DNA from: a virus
Length of the DNA: 44,531 nucleotides
Virus record (IMG/VR): IMGVR_UViG_3300031418_000028
Strand: one strand, 5' to 3'
The notes under the pieces: generated by a model
What the model was told of the DNA's origin: nothing
Databases searched by the model: none
What the model saw: the letters and a program-made list of their open reading frames with translations, nothing else
Shown here: piece after piece, positions 8,334 to 18,600 of the stretch
Position numbering within the stretch: the stretch's first letter is position 1
How the letters are laid out: every line of letters begins with the position of its first letter
Position numbers and translations under genes: made by a program

Positions 8334-9317
8334 ATGGCTGATACCCCTTATGCAAATGACTTGACTCGTATCCACTGGGCTGGTCAGAACTCGGATGTAG
8401 ATATCCACCTCGAAGTGTTTGAAGGCGACCTCGACTCTGGTTTCCTGTACAACTCATTCTTCCGCAGCAACTCTGGCTACATCAGCGTTCAGGACCGCTC
8501 TAACACAGCGCGTATCGACCGCATGAACACCGTGACCATTAAGGGTCGCCAGTCAGGTGAAGCTCTGGAACGTGAGAGCGTGAAGAACGACAAGCTGGTG
8601 GTGCAGGTGGATACCGTTACCTACGCTAGTACCGTAATGGACTGGCAGGATGACTGGACCTCACCAGACCGCTGGGCTGAGATTGGTCAGCAGCACGGTG
8701 CGCAGCATGCTCGTTCGTTCGACCAAGCGCACCTGATTCAGCTCATCAAGGCCCGTAAGTGGATTGCCCCGGCGCATCTGAAGCCAGCATTCTTCGACGG
8801 CAAAGAGTACACCGCTGCGTATGACGCGGACCGCTCTGTGTTCGCGGATAACATCATCGCTGCACACCGTCAGGGTATTGAGGAAATGGTTCGCCGTGAC
8901 CTCGGTGGCTCTCTGACCGAGTTCATCACCGTGGTATCTCCACGTGTGTTCGGTATCCTGCTGGATGCTGAGAAGCTGGTGAACGTGGACTACTCTGCGG
9001 GTAATGCGAACTTCGCACAGCGTCGTGTCGGTATGATTAACGGTGTCCGCATCGTTGAGAGTGCTCGATTCCCGACTGCTGCTGGTACACACCCACTGGG
9101 TGCTGCCTTTACCACTGATGCAGATGATGTTGCGTGCGAACTCGTAACGTACCATCCGAAGCTGACTCTGGTTACTGTTGAGGCCAAACCAATGACCACC
9201 AACAAGTACCCAGACAACCCGAACTTCTCTGACATCATGGACAGCTTCACGCTGTACAACATCGGTCAGCGTCGTCCAGATACCAGCTTCGCAGTGAAGC
9301 TCACCAACCTGCCGTAA
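8334..9317 (+). CDS. Major capsid protein (327 aa)
   Basis: Strong SD aggaga. Position after the scaffold gene. Tandem stops TAATAG followed by a hairpin terminator, as for T7 gene 10. Confidence 0.85.
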   Translation: MADTPYANDLTRIHWAGQNSDVDIHLEVFEGDLDSGFLYNSFFRSNSGYISVQDRSNTARIDRMNTVTIKGRQSGEALERESVKNDKLVVQVDTVTYASTVMDWQDDWTSPDRWAEIGQQHGAQHARSFDQAHLIQLIKARKWIAPAHLKPAFFDGKEYTAAYDADRSVFADNIIAAHRQGIEEMVRRDLGGSLTEFITVVSPRVFGILLDAEKLVNVDYSAGNANFAQRRVGMINGVRIVESARFPTAAGTHPLGAAFTTDADDVACELVTYHPKLTLVTVEAKPMTTNKYPDNPNFSDIMDSFTLYNIGQRRPDTSFAVKLTNLP

Positions 9318-9334
9318 TAGCAGGGGTAATATCA

Positions 9335-9358
9335 AAGGGTCGCCTTATGGTGGCCCTT
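9335..9358 (+). terminator. Stem-loop terminator downstream of the capsid gene (T-phi-like position)
   Basis: aagggtcgcc ttat ggtggccctt forms a 10-bp stem (two G-U pairs) with a tetraloop, followed by gaatattatt. Confidence 0.6.
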
Positions 9359-9374
9359 GAATATTATTAACAAT

Positions 9375-9448
9375 AGCCCCTTAGTATATTGGTATTACAA
9401 CGGCTTCCAAACCCGTTGAAGTGGGTTCGATTCCCACAGGGGCTGCCA
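9375..9448 (+). tRNA. tRNA-Trp (anticodon CCA), 74 nt with encoded CCA end
   Basis: Hand-folded cloverleaf. Acceptor stem AGCCCCT/AGGGGCT. U8 A9. D arm GTAT-ATTGGTA-TTAC. Anticodon arm ACGGC-TTCCAAA-CCCGT, with a C31-C39 mismatch. Variable loop TGAA. T arm GTGGG-TTCGATT-CCCAC. Discriminator G, then CCA. A1-U72, G73 and the CCA anticodon match bacterial Trp identity elements. Confidence 0.8.
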
Positions 9449-9461
9449 AACAGGAGTAAAC

Positions 9462-10019
9462 ATGGAGCTACTAGATGCAGTAAACACCTGTCTCACTGCA
9501 CTAGGTGAGGCCCGTGTTACCAGCACAAGCACCCGACACCCGTCGGTAGACTTGGCTATCCAAAGTATTAACACCAAGAAGAAACTGCTGCAAGAGCGTG
9601 GTTGGTGGTTCAACACCTCGCGTGTGACCATGTACCCGGATACGCTCAAGCGCATTACCTACCCCGCCGGGGCCATAGCCATTAAAGGGGCTGATGGTTA
9701 TACTGTTTACAGTAAGCGCGGTGGGTACTTATTCAACAACACGGATAACACCGAACAGTTCGACGGACCTATCACGCTGTACGTGACCACGAATCTCGAC
9801 TTTGAAGACCTGCCAGAAAGCGCTGCAACAGTAGTGACTTATCAGGCAGCTCGTGAAATGTACGTGGGAGACCTCGGCAATGACTCCTCTGTATCTAACT
9901 TGGTACAGAATGAGCAGCAGGCTTCGTTACTAATGCAGGAACAACATTTACGCAATCAGAAGTACAACACACGCCGCCGCCGTCAATGGGGTCGGTACGT
10001 GGGTGCTCTGAACAACTAA
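9462..10019 (+). CDS. Tail tubular protein A (185 aa)
   Basis: Position and size correspond to T7 gp11. SD caggag. Confidence 0.75.
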   Translation: MELLDAVNTCLTALGEARVTSTSTRHPSVDLAIQSINTKKKLLQERGWWFNTSRVTMYPDTLKRITYPAGAIAIKGADGYTVYSKRGGYLFNNTDNTEQFDGPITLYVTTNLDFEDLPESAATVVTYQAAREMYVGDLGNDSSVSNLVQNEQQASLLMQEQHLRNQKYNTRRRRQWGRYVGALNN

Positions 10020-10028
10020 GGAGACTGT

Positions 10029-12359
10029 ATGGCCCAAGATGGCGCATTAAAGTCAATCATGCAGGGAGTGTCCCAACAAGTTCCCCGTGAGCGTCTGGAT
10101 GGGCAAGTCTCTGCACAGTTAAACAGATTATCAGATGTGGTGAATGGAAACCGCCGTAGGCCGGGTGCTCGTTACTTGGCTGAACTCGGGGTCACGTCCC
10201 AGTACGATAACCGTGTATTCGCAACGTACGCCGACGTAGGCGATGCTGCAAATCACATCATTGTGAACACGGAGACAGGTGAGCTGCGGGTACTAGCCGA
10301 AGATTTCGGCACAGTACTGCATGCATCTACCCAGAGCTATTTGGTGGCCTCTTCTGCGGCAGCATTACAGACGGCATCCCTTCGTGGGCACCTGTACATC
10401 GCTAATACCGAGAAAGCACCCGCCGTACTGCATGGCACAACTAACCAGAAGGACCCCAGTAAAACCGGGTTCCTGTTCGTGCTGACACCCGCCTTTGCAA
10501 AGGATTATGACGTAACTATATCCAATGCGGCGGGTACCTTCACGTACACTTACACTACGCCGAAAGGCACAGACCCGGACGATGCTAACCTAGCTAAACC
10601 CGCCTTTATTATCGGACAGCTGGCGGCGCTAATTAACACACACACGGCAACACGTGGGGTTTCAGCAAACCAGTATGAAGCGTACCTGTTTCTATCATCA
10701 ACTTCCGGGCCACTGGTTGTAAGTACCAACGCAGGTGCTACCTACATGATAGGCAGTAATAACTCCCGTGTGGCCTTGTCTACACAGCTCCCGGCGAGGC
10801 TGCCAGATATAGCAGATGGTATTCTGTGTGCTGTGGGAACATCATCCAAGAATTTTATATGGTATCAGTACTACGCATCCGAGGCAGTGTGGAAGGAGGC
10901 CGGTGCTTACGGCAGTCCAACTGGCTTGTCGAATATGCCCATCCGCATCTCTCTTGACGGTCTGTACACAGTGGAGACCCCCGCTTACGAAGGTAGGCTT
11001 GCTGGCTCAGATGACACGAACGAGGACCCCGGCTTTATCGAGAATGGTCTTACAGGCTTTGGTGCATTCCAAGGTAGGTTGGTCATTCTAGCCGGTCCAG
11101 AGGTCTGTATGAGCGCTGCCGGTAATCCACTACGCTGGTACAGAAGCACAGTCACATCCCTGCTCACCGAGGATAGCATTAATATCTACTCCGGTGCTGC
11201 TACGAGTACGAACTTCAGACATTGCGTGCAGTTTAACAAAGACCTGCTACTGTTCTCCCGGTCTTGTCAGGCAGTAATCCCTAGCGGCAATGCAGCGATT
11301 ACCCCGCAGACCGCACAGATTGTTATCACATCCTCGTACACAACAGATACTTTATCTCAGCCTACACCCGTGGGACGGTCCGTTCTGTACAGCATGCCAC
11401 GCACGGAGTCCTTTGCTGGTGTGCTGGAGCTAATACCGAGTAACACTACGGACTCTCAGTACACGTCCAACGATATTACCGCGCATATTCCCCGGTATCT
11501 TCCGGGTAGTATCCGCAGCATCACGGCAAGTACCACATCGAACTCCAGTCTGTTCATCTGCACCGGGGATAATCGAAGTGTGTTTCTGCAAGACTACTTG
11601 TGGTCCGGTGATGAGAAGGTACAGTCTGCGTGGCATCAGTGGACGCTACCGCACCCTGTGGCATGCGCATGGTTTGTTCGAGACCGCGTGTACATAGCGA
11701 TGAGGGATGGCACAAGTATGTACGTAGTCACCATAGAGCCACAGGCGGGTTTAACGCTGAATGCTCTGACACGACCATTCTCAGATGTGTACACTCAGGT
11801 AACGGTAAGTAACCGTGAGTTCACCCTGCCTCAACATCTACGTTCTATGTACTCAGCGGGAGTTTCTCTCCTACTGACGTTTGCTGATGGAGACATGGGC
11901 GGCATGGCTGCCGGTATCGAATCTGTGGATACTACGACGTGGGTTGTTACCACGGTGCGTAATGTTCCGAATGGACAGTACTTCGTGGGCACCAAGTACA
12001 GCTCTGTGCTTACACCTACGCCACCTCTTGTGCGTGACGCTAACGGCGTGGTGATTGGTACTAGTCGCACTATGCTGACGCGGTATGAGTTGACCCTGAA
12101 GGATTCTGGTGAGTTCCAAGCTACCATCACGGATAGCTCGCGTACACTCACAGATGGGACTTATAACAGTCTGGTGTACAGTAGCACAGAGTTGCTGCCG
12201 AACTCACCTACCGTAGCCTCACTGGGACGCTGTATCATCCCGGTGCGTGCGCAGGCACAGACGACTGTTGCTACCTTTGAAACGGATGAGGATAACGACT
12301 TATGTATCCTTGATATTGAGTACGTGCTACAGTACAGAGCCAGAAGGAGACGAGTATGA
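10029..12359 (+). CDS. Tail tubular protein B (776 aa)
   Basis: Position and size correspond to T7 gp12. TAAGGAG junction upstream. Confidence 0.8.
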   Translation: MAQDGALKSIMQGVSQQVPRERLDGQVSAQLNRLSDVVNGNRRRPGARYLAELGVTSQYDNRVFATYADVGDAANHIIVNTETGELRVLAEDFGTVLHASTQSYLVASSAAALQTASLRGHLYIANTEKAPAVLHGTTNQKDPSKTGFLFVLTPAFAKDYDVTISNAAGTFTYTYTTPKGTDPDDANLAKPAFIIGQLAALINTHTATRGVSANQYEAYLFLSSTSGPLVVSTNAGATYMIGSNNSRVALSTQLPARLPDIADGILCAVGTSSKNFIWYQYYASEAVWKEAGAYGSPTGLSNMPIRISLDGLYTVETPAYEGRLAGSDDTNEDPGFIENGLTGFGAFQGRLVILAGPEVCMSAAGNPLRWYRSTVTSLLTEDSINIYSGAATSTNFRHCVQFNKDLLLFSRSCQAVIPSGNAAITPQTAQIVITSSYTTDTLSQPTPVGRSVLYSMPRTESFAGVLELIPSNTTDSQYTSNDITAHIPRYLPGSIRSITASTTSNSSLFICTGDNRSVFLQDYLWSGDEKVQSAWHQWTLPHPVACAWFVRDRVYIAMRDGTSMYVVTIEPQAGLTLNALTRPFSDVYTQVTVSNREFTLPQHLRSMYSAGVSLLLTFADGDMGGMAAGIESVDTTTWVVTTVRNVPNGQYFVGTKYSSVLTPTPPLVRDANGVVIGTSRTMLTRYELTLKDSGEFQATITDSSRTLTDGTYNSLVYSSTELLPNSPTVASLGRCIIPVRAQAQTTVATFETDEDNDLCILDIEYVLQYRARRRRV

Positions 12360-12970
12360 TTTGGATGTTCGCCCAACTGGCTGCTCAAGCCATTCAGGGC
12401 AGTATGCAGTATCAGCAAGATATTAAGATGCAGAAGTTGCAGAACAAAGCGGACGAGGCCTATAACAAGGCCGTCCGCGCTGCCTCTGCCCGACAGATTA
12501 CCGAGATTAACTTACAGCGTACTGCTGCACGCCAGCAGACGTCACAGGCATTATCTGCGTCCCAGTCTCAAGCACTAGGTGAGCAGTCAAACCGTGGGCT
12601 ACAAGCAGCGGCAACTGACACAATGGGTGCTTCTGTAGCGCAGAACCTACAGGACGTAAATATCCAGCTTGACCAAGTAAGTAGTACCCTGATGCAGAAT
12701 GCTGCATATCAGGAACTCTCATTTGACTCGCAGGTGTACAACACGATTGACTCGGCACGTAATGCTGTCCGCGACCTCACGAGTCCATTAGGCTCGGACT
12801 ACGCGGCGCTGGGACAAGCGGTGGGTGCTGTAGGCACCAGCATGGTATCAAACAAACTATCAGGAAAAGGTTGGTTCGGTGGTGCCGGGGATTCCCAAGC
12901 ACCCGCTCCAGTCAGCCAGAGTACCGGGACTAAGACCCAGTACGGCCTGAGCACACGACTTAATTTATAA
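12356..12970 (+). CDS. Internal virion protein A (204 aa)
   Basis: ATGA overlap with the upstream gene. Gln/Ala-rich. Position and size correspond to T7 gp14. Confidence 0.65.
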   Translation: MIWMFAQLAAQAIQGSMQYQQDIKMQKLQNKADEAYNKAVRAASARQITEINLQRTAARQQTSQALSASQSQALGEQSNRGLQAAATDTMGASVAQNLQDVNIQLDQVSSTLMQNAAYQELSFDSQVYNTIDSARNAVRDLTSPLGSDYAALGQAVGAVGTSMVSNKLSGKGWFGGAGDSQAPAPVSQSTGTKTQYGLSTRLNL

Positions 12971-12979
12971 GGAGACAGT

Positions 12980-15688
12980 ATGCCGGTTAGACAACCAACC
13001 CAAGGTGGGCTGAACATTCCGGGCCTTTCGGGGTATCAGAGTGCCGGTGTTGCCTCCCCGGTGTACCGTGCCCCAGAGGCCCCCACAGAGAACACTTCCG
13101 AATTCTGGTCTGGACTATTACAGTCCGGTATGAAAGTAGCTGACGGTGCCGTACAGCAGGCGAGCGCACGTGCGTACTTACGTGGGCAGCAAGACAGCAT
13201 GCAGGGCCGCGAGAAGCAAGCCCAGAACTTCTTTACACAGGCAATGTATGAGCAGGGTTATAACAGTAGTTCTGTGAATACCGCCTTAGCGAAATTCCAG
13301 TTAGACATTCAGGGTAAGGCGCAGGAGTATGTGAACTCCGGCAAGACCCCCGAAGAATTCAATAGTTACGTATCCGAACAGACGAACGCGTTGCTGACCC
13401 AAGCCGGGTCACAGGGCATGAACCTAAATGATAAGGACTGGCAGAGCTGGTTAGGTCAGGTGGAGAACACGCGCAACACATCCGCGCAGTACTTCCAAGA
13501 CCAGAACTTAAAGCGTGCTAGTGTGTTGCAGGAGCAGAGCTGGGGTGCACGCGGTAACGCCGCACTCACCGAAGCAGGTACTGCCTTCAGTATGGGTAAC
13601 CCGCAGCAGGCTCTGGAGAATGTGAACGGGCATCTGAGCAGCATCTTTGCTGACCAGAGTATCTCCGCTGAGAACAAGATTAAGTTCAGCTCTCAGTTCA
13701 TGGTGAATGCCTTCGCTAACTCCGGTAACACCGGGGACATGACAGCCCTGACGTCATACATCCAGAACCTGAAAGAGTTCAAGGAACTGCCTACGGAGGT
13801 ACAGACAGCGGTCACAAACTCCGCCCAGCAGTACTACAATCAGCGTGCGTCCGATGAGAGTGTACAACTGTATGAGTACAATTCTAAGGTAGGCTCCGTA
13901 TCTGATATCAATGAGCTGAACCAAAGCTACCCTATGCCAGCATACATTAACACTGTGATGCAAGGCGTGCAGCAGCGTAAGCTCGCACCGGGTACTGGGT
14001 ATGCAATGATTGATGCCGAGGCTAACCGCAGGAACAAGTTGCAGAAGGCAGCCGACCAGACCCGTGCTTACACCACAGGTGTGACCATCTCAGATATCGC
14101 TACCCAGACAGGTGCTACGCCTGACAAGGTAGAGACAGAGATGACCAAGTTGTATGCTGCTCAGAACGGGGGTTACTCCGGCGGTGGGCTAGCGCTCATG
14201 CAGCGAGGTCTGCGCTCAGGCGCGCAGGATATGACCGGTGTCGGTATTAAGATGTTACAGCAGGATGCGCAGTCTCTGGCTAGTGTAGACTGGCGTAACC
14301 TCAAGACTGACTCAGAGGGCAAGCCCCTGTACCCGGCTACGGTTGTAGGCTCATTAACGAACTTACAGACCGCGTACAATGCCAGCATTGCTGCCGGTAA
14401 TCAGGTACAAGCGAATCAGCTTCTATCCGGCTTACCAGACCCAGTTGTGTACGGTATCCGACAGAATGTGGATGCCCGTGACTTGGCTGACGTAGTGGGT
14501 AAGCGAGCGAATGACATTGCCTCCGGTAAGGTTCTTGCTATGCCCGCTGATATGCCTAACGATTTGCGTGTGACACAGAGTGATGTGTCCGCCGGTCTGT
14601 TTGACTTTGGTATTGGCAAGGATGCACGCAACAGGAACCTATTAGGTATTCAGTCGTGGGTATTCAGTTCGGATGCAGATGAGAAGGCAGCTCAAGCACG
14701 TGTTACCCAGATTAACAGCGCTATCAGTAATGAGTACGTGTACAACCAGCAGCGTGGGTCTTTACCTGCATTGTCTGGGGATGACATGAAGTCATGGCTG
14801 ATGGGCAAGGTAGCTAGCAGAACCGTACGCGTGAGTGATGGTTCCGATAATGGAGCCTTACTGGTACTTCCAGAAGTGGGAGACAAGCAGAAGGTGTTCG
14901 GTACAGCAGATAACGGTATCATCGGCACTGCCTTGCAGGAGAGCGTTGCTAACTTCCGTAAGCAGTACCCGCAGGCCACTACAGTAAATATGGACTACGA
15001 CCCGTTTACCCAAGAGATTGTGTTCTCTGGTGTAAATGGGGAGAATCAGATTGGCACCGTATCCCAGACAGTAGCAGCAGCGGACTTCCGCAACTCCGTA
15101 CGCGGCGTACAGAACAATCTGACCAACGGTGGCGCTGGTGCTACGCAGGGTAATCTTGCGGTGCCGGGTGCGGGCTTCGTAACGTTTGATGCGGCTAACG
15201 CAGCTGGCGTACAGAAGAACGTGTACATGAATGCTGTGAACCGTCTGGTGTCTTACGAGGGCTATACCCCCGCCAAGGGCTTCAGTATCCTTGATACGCA
15301 TCCGACCACAGGTGCTCCGCTGAATGAGGCGAAGTACGTGAAGCAGCCGGGTGATTCAGCGCAGGTCGCAGCTTCCAAGCTGAGTCTGTACCTGAATGAC
15401 AAGGTACTGCCGCAGGTGATGCCTAAGATGGACCAGTACAAGCAGCTTCCGGGGTACTTGCAGAATGCTATCTTCGACTCTCTGGTGGAGACAACATACC
15501 ACTCAGGGAACTCTGATGCGTTCAATAAGTACGTGAATGAAGCATTGTACGGAGACACTCAGAAACTGGCAGAGTTTAACCAGAGTCCGTTGTTCAAGGA
15601 TGCAGGTGCGAACTCCCGGCGTAACAGAGACCGCTATCAACTACTAGGCGCACTGGTTCAGTACCGTGCTCAGCAAATTAAAAATTAA
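12980..15688 (+). CDS. Internal virion protein B (902 aa) with a C-terminal lysozyme-like domain
   Basis: Position corresponds to T7 gp15 and phiKMV gp36. The C-terminal roughly 150 aa (VSYEGYTPAKGF...ETTYHSGNSDAFNKY) resemble a phage lysozyme domain. Confidence 0.7.
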   Translation: MPVRQPTQGGLNIPGLSGYQSAGVASPVYRAPEAPTENTSEFWSGLLQSGMKVADGAVQQASARAYLRGQQDSMQGREKQAQNFFTQAMYEQGYNSSSVNTALAKFQLDIQGKAQEYVNSGKTPEEFNSYVSEQTNALLTQAGSQGMNLNDKDWQSWLGQVENTRNTSAQYFQDQNLKRASVLQEQSWGARGNAALTEAGTAFSMGNPQQALENVNGHLSSIFADQSISAENKIKFSSQFMVNAFANSGNTGDMTALTSYIQNLKEFKELPTEVQTAVTNSAQQYYNQRASDESVQLYEYNSKVGSVSDINELNQSYPMPAYINTVMQGVQQRKLAPGTGYAMIDAEANRRNKLQKAADQTRAYTTGVTISDIATQTGATPDKVETEMTKLYAAQNGGYSGGGLALMQRGLRSGAQDMTGVGIKMLQQDAQSLASVDWRNLKTDSEGKPLYPATVVGSLTNLQTAYNASIAAGNQVQANQLLSGLPDPVVYGIRQNVDARDLADVVGKRANDIASGKVLAMPADMPNDLRVTQSDVSAGLFDFGIGKDARNRNLLGIQSWVFSSDADEKAAQARVTQINSAISNEYVYNQQRGSLPALSGDDMKSWLMGKVASRTVRVSDGSDNGALLVLPEVGDKQKVFGTADNGIIGTALQESVANFRKQYPQATTVNMDYDPFTQEIVFSGVNGENQIGTVSQTVAAADFRNSVRGVQNNLTNGGAGATQGNLAVPGAGFVTFDAANAAGVQKNVYMNAVNRLVSYEGYTPAKGFSILDTHPTTGAPLNEAKYVKQPGDSAQVAASKLSLYLNDKVLPQVMPKMDQYKQLPGYLQNAIFDSLVETTYHSGNSDAFNKYVNEALYGDTQKLAEFNQSPLFKDAGANSRRNRDRYQLLGALVQYRAQQIKN

Positions 15689-15696
15689 GGAGATGT

Positions 15697-18600
15697 ATGA
15701 TTCACTTACGCCCGGACAGTACAGCTTACGCTAATGTCAAAGAAGCAGCTCCGGCTGTGGGTGGGTTCGTCACTCCCGACAACACTGCGTTGGAGGGGGC
15801 GAACCCCTCCGCGCTGGTGCAGGCAATGCAAACGCCTAAAGCCAGCATTACAGACTCATTCAAAGCCACACTGCAAGAGAGCCTCGCGGCTAAGGCGCTT
15901 CGTGGTATGGATTACCTGAGTATCCCCTCTGAGGACGGCTTCAACGTCAGTCAGGCTTTGGGAGAATCTGTGTCGCAGTACACAGCAGATGAATTAGAGT
16001 TTCTTGCCGACGCACGCAGTAACTCCGAGTTACAGCAGCGCCGTGGGCAGGTACAGTCTACGAGGGACAACTACAGTGCGATGGGACAGAACATGCTTAC
16101 TACCGTGGCTGCATCTATGCTTGACGTGGATATGGTCATCGGGGGTGGTGTTGGTGCACTCAGTAAACTTACCCGTGCTACACGCTTGGCTATTGGCCTC
16201 AGCGCTAACGCTGGGGTACTTAGCTTGGCTTCACAAGGTGGGACTGTTACGCCGCTTGATGTTGTGGGTACGAGCGTTGGTGTAGCCCTTAGTGCTATTC
16301 CCGGCGTCCGTCGCGCAGCGCAAGCAGCGGAACGTGTCAATCCAGAGGCCGCTGTAGCTGCTGAGAAGGCCGCTGTTAACACGGCAGCCGAAGCTACCCC
16401 AACTGTACAGGCAGCGTCTGATGTAGCCGCACAAGTTATCCCAGAGCGCCCTGTGGTACGTACTGTACCAGATGAGGACTATCCTAAGATTAAGTTAGAT
16501 ACGTACTCGAACAAACCGCATGTAGAAGTGGGTGTATCTCGGAAAGCAGGCGATGCTCCTGAGTTAGTCACTACCGTACAGAATGCTGTCCGTGCCGTCG
16601 TTGGCTTAGCTGATGATTTGCCACCGGAAGTACGTGCACTGGGGCGGGCTTTGTCATCTTCACTCGATGCAGAATCGGACATGCCGCTTGTTATTCGCAA
16701 GGCCACTGCTGACGCAAGACGCCCTGCTTCCAAGGCAGAGCGTTCCTTCGCCCGTGCTGAGGTGGATGGTTCCGCATCTGTACAGATTCTGGGTAACACG
16801 CCAGCTAACTCGCTGAGTGAGCACATCCAAGGTCTGAGTACCTACAACAAAACAGTTATTCTCCACGAGGCTTCCCATGCTAAAACCATGCAGAGCATCC
16901 GGGCAGTAGAGGCCGGTCGAGTAACATCCGGTCCCGTGTATGATGCTGTGAAGCGTATTGGTGAAATCCGTGCTCATGTACTAGACAATCTACCCACACA
17001 AACTGGTAAAGCAGCGCGTGACACTGCATATGCTGTGCGGAATGACCACGAGTTCCTATCCCAGTTATTCAACTCTGAGAAGTTCCGTGCTGACCTGAAA
17101 GGCATCAAGATGCAGGGTGGTAACGTGTTCTCTGAAATGGTGCGCCATGTAGTGTCGTTGTTCACTGGCAAAGCTCCAACAGGCTCTGCATTTGATGAGA
17201 CGGTTGCTGCATTTGAGAACCTGCTCTCACTGCCTAGCGTAGGACGTGAAGTGTTTACTCGACAGGCACGTGAGATGCCGGACCTAGCATCCCCTGTGTT
17301 ACATGCACCTGATGTTCAACAGATGAACTCCAAGGTGATGGGTGCGCTGAACCGTAACTTCAGCCTGTACGAGCGCTTAGCATCATACGGCCCTAAAGCT
17401 AGTGTGTTAGCTGACCAGCTCGTTGTGGACGCTACTGGTACCTCAGCGAACTCAGCAGCGCACTATGCGCGTGCTGCACACCTAGCATCGAATACCAGCA
17501 TTGTGCAGGTAGACTCCGCACTGGCGCAAGCCATGAGCGCAGACTGGCCTCTGATGCAGCGTATGCGCCATCCAAAGGCGTATCGTGATGCACAGCGTGA
17601 CCTGAGCGCTAAGGTGTACCAGCAGCTCGCAGATAACCATGAGCGACACCTGTCAGGCAGGGCTATCCAGCCTAACAATGACCCCCGTGTTAATGCCATC
17701 ACCGATGCCTTCCAGAAGTCTGGTTGGGCAGAGCATGAGTTGGCTGCACTACGCGAAGCCGGTGTACCGGGTGCAGCAGATATCCCAAGTTCACCTTGGT
17801 ATCTGCCACGTCGTCACAGCGGTGACAAGCTGAACAACTTCATGCGTGAGAACCCAGATGTAACTGCGGATGATATCCGTGCTATGTACACCGACCAGTT
17901 CCGCACGATGTTTGCCAGTCGTGGTATTGAAGAAGCTACAGCTAAGAAGCTTGGTGCTAAGATGTACCAGAACCTCCAAGATAAAGCCTCCCACGTTGGT
18001 GGGTACCGTCAGAGTATTGTCGGCATGGACTTGGATGAGGTTCAGGATATCCTACGCGCACTCGGTGCAGAAGACAGCACTATTACCAGTTTCATTGATG
18101 ACCTGAGCAATGCAGGAGAAGCGGCTAACAAGGTTCGGAACTTACGTCACCGTGTAGAATTCGACACGACGCGGGAGTACCAGACTAAATCTGGCAAGTT
18201 AATCTCCCCTAGTATGTTCATCAACAATGATGTAATGGGTCTGATGGAAGGCTACAGCCGTAACATGGCTGGCCGTGTTGGTCTTGCTAAAGCAGGCTAC
18301 CCCGACCTCCGCCAGCTCACCAAAGCCATTGACAATGCGGCTGCTGAAAGCCCTAACGCCCGTGAGGCAGTTCGGGACATGGACAACACCGTTAATCAGT
18401 TACTCGGTTATCCTACCGGCGAGGACGTTCCTGACATTCTTCGGAGTGCCAGTATCCTTGGTGGCGCGTTGAACCTTGCTAACTCCGGTGTGTACCAGTT
18501 AGCGGACCTTGGTCTGCAGTTACAGCAGTTCGGCTTTGCCAAGACGTTAAAGGCTCTGACAAGCACCCAGTTCGGTCGAGATGCACTTGAGGTAGCTCGC

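Noticed and set aside
8661-9335. 224-aa minus-strand ORF, and similar long antisense ORFs at 6871-7506, 18987-19502, 20103-20786, 21066-21632 and 30254-30820
   Set aside because: Each lies entirely antisense to a well-supported + strand gene, lacks an SD and has Arg/Ser/Ala-rich off-frame composition. All credible genes in this genome are on the + strand.
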